DNA of 64,000 bases from a virus, in IMG/VR virus record IMGVR_UViG_3300023179_000042, positions 41,754 to 105,753 of that record. One strand, given 5' to 3'. Shown here piece by piece: positions 58,829 to 64,000 of the stretch. Both the position numbers and the translations under genes were made by a program. The stretch's first letter is position 1, and each line of letters opens with the position of its first letter. The notes beneath the pieces are model-generated. The model made no database searches. It was not told the origin of the DNA and saw nothing but the letters and a program-made list of their open reading frames with translations.

Positions 58829-58857
58829 ATAATATTTAGATTTTGTGGAAAAGTCAA
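58829..58857 (-). promoter_or_regulatory. Sigma70-like promoter heading clamp/deazaguanine operon (nested TAAATA)
   Basis: TTGACT-N17-TATTAT. Confidence 0.65.
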
Positions 58858-58864
58858 CAGAATT

Positions 58865-61534
58865 TTATTCAAAACTGAATAAACTGTTGAATGTGTTGCT
58901 ACGAGTAGTAGAATCAAGATCCCATTCAAGCACGCCAATTAGGTTATCCAGTTTATTGTTAATAATAACTGTTTCCATTTCGCTGTGATCAAATGGTAGT
59001 TCTTGGAACCATTTGGGTAATCTGAGTTCGTCTGTAGGGTATGCGATACTGGTATATCCAAGAGGATTGTCTTTGAGTTTACAGACAATTACCTTCATAC
59101 CGTCGACAATCTGTAGACTATACTTGTCTCCGTTCATGCGGCGTAGCGTATTCCAATTGATACTGGCTCGCACATGTCCGGGCATGTTTGCTTTGCCTAA
59201 CTTCTTTTCTTTTTCTTGATACTCGGTAATGTTGTTGGCTCGTTTAGGCGAACCTTTTTCCCATCCGGGTCGAGCCTTAAATTCCGTTCTAAATTCATTG
59301 ATGCGTTCAAGGATCTCTGACTCTTCAGCACCATTTAGAACTCGTGTTAGAATTTCTTCCAAGAACTTCTGCATAAATTCTGGAGTATCACTACGCTTAA
59401 GGTCCAAACCCATGGCTTTGATCTTACCTGGCTTGCCATCTACATCTGTACGCTTGCCTTCCTTGTCATAATACAATACAGCATAACGCTTTTTGGTAAT
59501 GAACAGGCCTTTGATAGCAACAATTTCACGACCAGCTTTGATAACTTCCCCACGACTTTTAGGACAATGGAATGCGTTGAGCATAAAGTCTGGAAAGGTT
59601 CCGTTTACTTCGGCTGCTACGCTGTCATATACCTGGATGGCAGTATCTTTATTCCAGGGAATTTCTCCACGATCAATTTCTTTCTTTAATGTCGAATGGG
59701 CACTAAAGTACGCTGAGTCAGTATCACCGTAGATAATACTTCGACCTACATGGTTGTATTCGCCTGTGATTACTTCATTTATCTTCGAGGCCATGTGGCG
59801 AGCAATGCTTCTCCCGGTAAGAGTTGTGGATTGGCCAATACGATTATCAAAGAACCTACAACCAACATTAAGAATAGCACCGTATAGGCTATTGAGGTTA
59901 ATTTTTTTAACCAACTGTCTTTTATCCCAATATTCTTCTTCAATTTTGTTCTCCGCTTTGATCGATTCTTTTAATTTGGCCTGCATTTCTTTACGCTCGG
60001 CGTACCATCGTTTTAGAAGACCGGGAATAATCCCTTCGTGTTCGTAGGTAAAAATTGTTCCATTGGCGCTTAACATCCACGGCTTGTTACTTTCAAAAAT
60101 TAGTTGATAAATTTCAGCACCGCTCATAATACTGGTTTCGCTATTTTCCCAATCTACTGTAATATCGTTGGCACGATCTTGATTCATTACAAATTCGTAT
60201 TCATTTACAGCAAATTTTCCTTCCCATGCGGCAGCAAAACTATCTCCTCGGGCCATTTTACTTTCAATTTCTGACTTAGTATAATCTTGTCGAAGTTGAC
60301 CAACAATAGTTTCTGGGCCCATGTTAAGAGCTCGAATAACTGACGGATAAAGGCTGTTAATATCCATGGATCCGATAAAGTCGTGTAGTCCTTTTTTTGG
60401 ATACGCAACATACGCACCTGCGGCTTGTGTATCTTCGGTTTCACTGCGTCGAGGCCTGCTTGGTACAATCATACCTCGACGATGTGCTTCGTTGACAATA
60501 GCCTGCTCGGTCACAGCAACCGCGCCCATTGTAGTTTGTAGCAACACCGTATTTTCGTGAGCAATGGTGTTGGCAAGATCGAGGAACTTTAGCTTCTTAT
60601 CAATTTTGTTAAGAAGAGCACAGTCTTGCCGGTTGTATTCGATAAACTTACGAAAGTCATTGTTATAAAGTTGATCTAATGTTCCTTCATAAACAGTTTT
60701 ACGTTCTCCTACTTCCATTTCTCCAATAGCATCTAGTCGATAGCTATGGCGTTCTTCATATGTGTATTTTCTATAAAGTTCAAGATAGTCAATGTGAACT
60801 CTGCCAATTAAGTCATAGGTTACAGCAGTCTTGCCATATTTCTCATATTCACGCTTTCTCGGAAGCTGATCCCAAAGACAAAATTTACGAGTGTCTTCTT
60901 TGCTTAGAACCTTGGTCACACGATTAACAGTATATGGAATATCAAACCCCTCTGAGTTCCATCCTGTTAATACGTCAGCATCTTCAATTAATTCTAAGAA
61001 AGTTTCTAACAGTTCAGCTTCGTTACTGAACAATATAGTATTTGGAAAGTCTTTGATTTGTTCTTGTGCCTGCTCCATTGTAAGTGTTTTGGGCGGAACA
61101 GCAAGACAAACTAGTGTATCTAACCATTGTAAGTGAACAGCAATAGCAATAATTGGCATGAAAGCATCTTCTGGAGACGCATAGCCGCGTTCTGGATCAA
61201 AGTCTACCTCAATATCAAAAAATGCTACATTTAGTTTTGGTGCTTCGTTGCCTAAATAATTTTCTTCAAGACAACGGAATACAGGATTCATGTCGCTTTC
61301 GTATAAGCGATGATTGCTGTAAATTCTTTGTTCTTTAGTGAATTCCTTGAATGTTTTGGCAGTGACTCTGCTTAGGCTTTCACCAAATATGGATTTGTAC
61401 TTACCCTTTTGATCTGGATAGTAAAATACATATCTTGCTGGATAGTCTGTAAAAAGTCTACCCTTTTTTTGATCTCGTTCAACAACTTGAACAATATCCT
61501 TATCTCGATCCCATCGAGCATCGACGTAACTCAT
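58865..61534 (-). CDS. gp43: Family B DNA polymerase
   Basis: ExoI FFDIE, ExoII WNSEGFDIPY, ExoIII YNRQD, motif A DINSLYPS, motif B KINLNSLYG, motif C YGDTDS. Confidence 0.97.
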   Translation of the reverse strand: MSYVDARWDRDKDIVQVVERDQKKGRLFTDYPARYVFYYPDQKGKYKSIFGESLSRVTAKTFKEFTKEQRIYSNHRLYESDMNPVFRCLEENYLGNEAPKLNVAFFDIEVDFDPERGYASPEDAFMPIIAIAVHLQWLDTLVCLAVPPKTLTMEQAQEQIKDFPNTILFSNEAELLETFLELIEDADVLTGWNSEGFDIPYTVNRVTKVLSKEDTRKFCLWDQLPRKREYEKYGKTAVTYDLIGRVHIDYLELYRKYTYEERHSYRLDAIGEMEVGERKTVYEGTLDQLYNNDFRKFIEYNRQDCALLNKIDKKLKFLDLANTIAHENTVLLQTTMGAVAVTEQAIVNEAHRRGMIVPSRPRRSETEDTQAAGAYVAYPKKGLHDFIGSMDINSLYPSVIRALNMGPETIVGQLRQDYTKSEIESKMARGDSFAAAWEGKFAVNEYEFVMNQDRANDITVDWENSETSIMSGAEIYQLIFESNKPWMLSANGTIFTYEHEGIIPGLLKRWYAERKEMQAKLKESIKAENKIEEEYWDKRQLVKKINLNSLYGAILNVGCRFFDNRIGQSTTLTGRSIARHMASKINEVITGEYNHVGRSIIYGDTDSAYFSAHSTLKKEIDRGEIPWNKDTAIQVYDSVAAEVNGTFPDFMLNAFHCPKSRGEVIKAGREIVAIKGLFITKKRYAVLYYDKEGKRTDVDGKPGKIKAMGLDLKRSDTPEFMQKFLEEILTRVLNGAEESEILERINEFRTEFKARPGWEKGSPKRANNITEYQEKEKKLGKANMPGHVRASINWNTLRRMNGDKYSLQIVDGMKVIVCKLKDNPLGYTSIAYPTDELRLPKWFQELPFDHSEMETVIINNKLDNLIGVLEWDLDSTTRSNTFNSLFSFE

Positions 61535-61546
61535 TAATTTTCTCCC

Positions 61547-61602
61547 TGTATGTCATTTGCGGCTGACAAATACCAATGTTGCGATTTGTGGCTCGCTGAA
61601 CC
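61547..61602 (-). promoter_or_regulatory. Tandem bulged hairpins with GCCRCAAA loops in DNA polymerase leader (putative translational operator)
   Basis: Two copies with different stem sequences but the same loop and bulge geometry, abutting the GGGAG SD. Confidence 0.65.
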
Positions 61603-61608
61603 TTTCTC

Positions 61609-61905
61609 TTAATTATTTATTAACATCCTTACCAGCCCAACACTATCAATGGTGGTGAGCAAGAGATAGTTAGCCAACATGCCAAAAGATTTCCTAGTCC
61701 AAGCAGCCCAAGCATACATAGCACAACCAGTGATCCACAAAGGATATAGCACAATGAGTGGAGGATTGGGTACTGTGAGCGCCATGACGAGTGAGCATCC
61801 AATAGAAATAGCCCAAGCAAGAAGCTCAATAATAAAGCGTATACGGTTAGATGCCCAATCATCTTTGATCCAATCAAAGGTCGGTCGTAATAGATCTAAT
61901 AGCAT
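61609..61905 (-). CDS. Small membrane protein
   Basis: Three hydrophobic segments. Confidence 0.7.
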   Translation of the reverse strand: MLLDLLRPTFDWIKDDWASNRIRFIIELLAWAISIGCSLVMALTVPNPPLIVLYPLWITGCAMYAWAAWTRKSFGMLANYLLLTTIDSVGLVRMLINN

Positions 61906-62174
61906 TAATCTTCACGACGATTTGCGTGTCCGCTAATATCAACAATGGTCTCCAAGTCGTCAAATTCGCGCCAAACAGAATCCCATTGGTCTTTGAGAGC
62001 GATTCGAATTGCTTTTCTAATAACGCTAGGTTTAACTTCGAGTTCTTCGGCTACTGCCTTGATGGTTTCGTTTAGGCCTTCGGTAAGATTTTGAATCTCT
62101 TGCATAACTGTAACGCCTTCGGCTACAATTTGTTTAATTTTTGCTTGTTCAGGGGTGCCAAATGATTTGCCCAT
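61905..62174 (-). CDS. T4 DsbA-like dsDNA-binding protein
   Basis: Helical 89-aa protein with IKAVAEELEVKPSVIRKAIRIA pattern; AGGAG SD. Confidence 0.6.
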   Translation of the reverse strand: MGKSFGTPEQAKIKQIVAEGVTVMQEIQNLTEGLNETIKAVAEELEVKPSVIRKAIRIALKDQWDSVWREFDDLETIVDISGHANRRED

Positions 62175-62194
62175 GTTTTCTCCTTTAGATAGTA

Positions 62195-62223
62195 AGTATA
62201 ACGTGTAGGGATATTTAAGTCAA
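62195..62223 (-). promoter_or_regulatory. Sigma70-like promoter
   Basis: TTGACT-N17-TATACT. Confidence 0.7.
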
Positions 62224-62224
62224 A

Positions 62225-62782
62225 TTATTTGACGCCAATTTTTAAAAATCGGGTATATTTAACTTTGGGGTCAGCAAGGTTCTTTTTACCAAGATATAAA
62301 GTTTTAGCCAGTGGAAATTCTTGATCAAACTCTTTAAGAGAATCTACGGAGTCTACATCATTACGTCCTTCAATAGCAACCATAGTACCTAACGGAATAT
62401 GTTCCAGCCATCCTTGATTATCAATTTCATTTGACGATGTATTGATTACCAATCCTTGACGACCTATCTGTCTGTAATCCAGGTTATTGGCATCTTTAAG
62501 CATGGGAAAAATGTTGTCTAAATTTTTTAATAGAGCCTGCGAAAATTGTAGATGCTTTTTGTTTATATCAACATTGATTACTGTATCTGCCTTGATTCCG
62601 CATCGGTGAAGCGTATAGGCCATTATGCCATACCACGAACCTAAAATATAGATTGTATCAAAATCTGTTTGACCTAAATTTTTAAGTTCTTTACATACCC
62701 ATAGCTTACTGTAAAGAAGATCCTTTGTTATACTACCCTGGAATGTATCAGGACTAAACTCATAAAGGTCAGATGCTCTCAT
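62225..62782 (-). CDS. Class I SAM-dependent methyltransferase-like protein
   Basis: YILGSWYG motif I, NVDIN, KDAN and VINTS motifs. Confidence 0.65.
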   Translation of the reverse strand: MRASDLYEFSPDTFQGSITKDLLYSKLWVCKELKNLGQTDFDTIYILGSWYGIMAYTLHRCGIKADTVINVDINKKHLQFSQALLKNLDNIFPMLKDANNLDYRQIGRQGLVINTSSNEIDNQGWLEHIPLGTMVAIEGRNDVDSVDSLKEFDQEFPLAKTLYLGKKNLADPKVKYTRFLKIGVK

Positions 62783-63024
62783 TTCTTTGGCATCCTTGCT
62801 TTGTATAAAGCGGCCGTGGCCATTTGATCTTTTTTCTCTGGGTTTTTATTTTTGAATTGATGATATCGATTTGGATCGGCAGTTTGGAACCGTTGTTTCC
62901 AATAATCTAATGGCATCTCTGGTTTTAACTTAGGCAATGGACCTGTAGGTTTAGCAGGTGCTTGCCCTTGTTGAGGATCTTGAGCAGGGGCGTTAGGGCC
63001 TACTTGTGGCTCCTGCTCTTTTAT
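62779..63024 (-). CDS. C-terminal extension of upstream ORF, lacking its own start and reached by -1 frameshift
   Basis: Open frame IKEQEPQVGPNAPAQDPQ...QFKNKNPEKKDQMATAALYKARMPKK ending in TGA that overlaps the next ATG. Confidence 0.65.
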   Translation of the reverse strand: MKEQEPQVGPNAPAQDPQQGQAPAKPTGPLPKLKPEMPLDYWKQRFQTADPNRYHQFKNKNPEKKDQMATAALYKARMPKK

Positions 63025-64000
63025 TTTTTTGTTTGTTCTTCTAACCTGGCTAATAAAGATTCCATATAAGCGTCTTCTTTCTTATGACTCTTATATCCTT
63101 TATTTTTCATGTAATGTGCCAAGGCCCAAGGATTATCAATTTCCTTGTGCTTCTTCATAGCCTTAACAGTACCTTCCCATCCTTTAGGAGCTGCTTCCGC
63201 AGGGTTTTCCTTAGACATCTTTTCTTTATATCTCAGTAAACGGCTGTCGGTAGAGGCAGGAGGAATTTTACCACCTTTGGCTAAAAATGCTCGTACTGCT
63301 TCGTCATCATACTCTGGATTGCCTTCCGCCACACCTTGCTTTTTTAATATGTCATAGACTAGCAAAGATAATTGAGGCAAATCCTTTTCATTTTTACCGG
63401 TCATACTAAGATATTTTTTGACATAATTTTGAATATTAGTCGAATTCACTGGCATGCCTTTAATTTTGTCGGCTATTTTTTGAGCCGCAACATTGTCGCT
63501 GATGCCAACAGAATAATTTGTTGATTGGCCAGACAATACAGCAGTAGATGGTGCAGTTGATGTTCCTGCACTTAGTTGGCTGTTGATCCAAGGAATTACT
63601 TTATCTTTAATATATTTTTGAGTATTGGCATCTGTGTTTGGATCCACATTAACTCTAGGTAATTTCTCCAATTGTGCTTTGATCTTATCAGCAACTTTTG
63701 GACTCGTTCCACTGAGTGCTGTACTTAAAAAACTGGCACCTTCTTGGTGTCTACCTTGTAAATAATATACAATGGCTTTTTCAAGGCGAGATGATGAGAA
63801 TCCTGCCCCAAATGAACCCATTGTTTGAGCAAGACCCGCTGTCCATTGTCCATTGGCCTCCGCCATATCTTTCTTTTCTTTTTCTTCACGCTCTTTTTTC
63901 TGCTTGTCTAGTAAATCTTGTAATCTTTTAGCACCAGCATCCATATCATATCCGGCACGTTTCATAGAGTTTTTAAACTTCTGTTGTGGTGTTAATTTTT
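63021..64000 (-). CDS. Probable internal head/virion protein, C-terminal part (open to window edge)
   Basis: Frame open beyond 63965; QGVAEG and GWEGTVKAMKKHKEIDNPWALA modules. Confidence 0.6.
   Translation of the reverse strand, partial: KLTPQQKFKNSMKRAGYDMDAGAKRLQDLLDKQKKEREEKEKKDMAEANGQWTAGLAQTMGSFGAGFSSSRLEKAIVYYLQGRHQEGASFLSTALSGTSPKVADKIKAQLEKLPRVNVDPNTDANTQKYIKDKVIPWINSQLSAGTSTAPSTAVLSGQSTNYSVGISDNVAAQKIADKIKGMPVNSTNIQNYVKKYLSMTGKNEKDLPQLSLLVYDILKKQGVAEGNPEYDDEAVRAFLAKGGKIPPASTDSRLLRYKEKMSKENPAEAAPKGWEGTVKAMKKHKEIDNPWALAHYMKNKGYKSHKKEDAYMESLLARLEEQTKK

Noticed and set aside
58865-61534. Intein or intron in DNA polymerase (also checked thyA)
   Set aside because: Normal lengths and continuous motifs
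61547-61610. PreQ1-I riboswitch (tempting given the nearby que genes)
   Set aside because: Lacks the P1 stem, loop and A-rich tail arrangement of preQ1-I; kept only as an unknown tandem hairpin
1-64000. Stop-codon reassignment as seen in some jumbo phages
   Set aside because: Long genes (4581-aa protein, polymerase, gp46) are intact in code 11 with no in-frame TAG/TGA splits

Overview
A 64 kb segment of an AT-rich, T4-like jumbo myophage genome in the standard genetic code. I found no tRNA, CRISPR array, intron or intein. From left to right it holds: (1) the tape-measure gene N-terminus, transcribed divergently from a tail-assembly/hub gene pair joined by a clear -1 frameshift signal; (2) a minus-strand run of gp55 late sigma, gp47/gp46 (Mre11/Rad50), a small ORF and a stand-alone GIY-YIG nuclease, followed directly by a ~420-nt ORF-free, highly structured element with a pseudoknot and two boxed 10-nt segments; (3) a 34 kb plus-strand baseplate/tail-fibre cluster (gp53, gp5 with GH19 lysozyme, gp25, gp6, a 4581-aa wedge protein, a collagen fibre with a cupredoxin-like domain, an S8 protease and four paralogous fibre proteins); (4) a minus-strand metabolism and replication block with thyA, a MoxR AAA/vWA-peptidase pair, RNase H and a 7-deazaguanine DNA-modification operon (DpdA-like, DpdL-like, QueE) interleaved with a glycosyltransferase, GalE, cupin, HIT and GuaC, downstream of the sliding clamp and family B DNA polymerase. 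The strongest candidates for an undescribed system are the GIY-YIG plus structured ncRNA module and the possibly glycosylated 7-deazaguanine pathway. Also notable are two programmed -1 frameshift candidates with stimulatory stems and a tandem covarying hairpin in the DNA polymerase leader. Protein calls come from motif recognition only, and no database searches were run.
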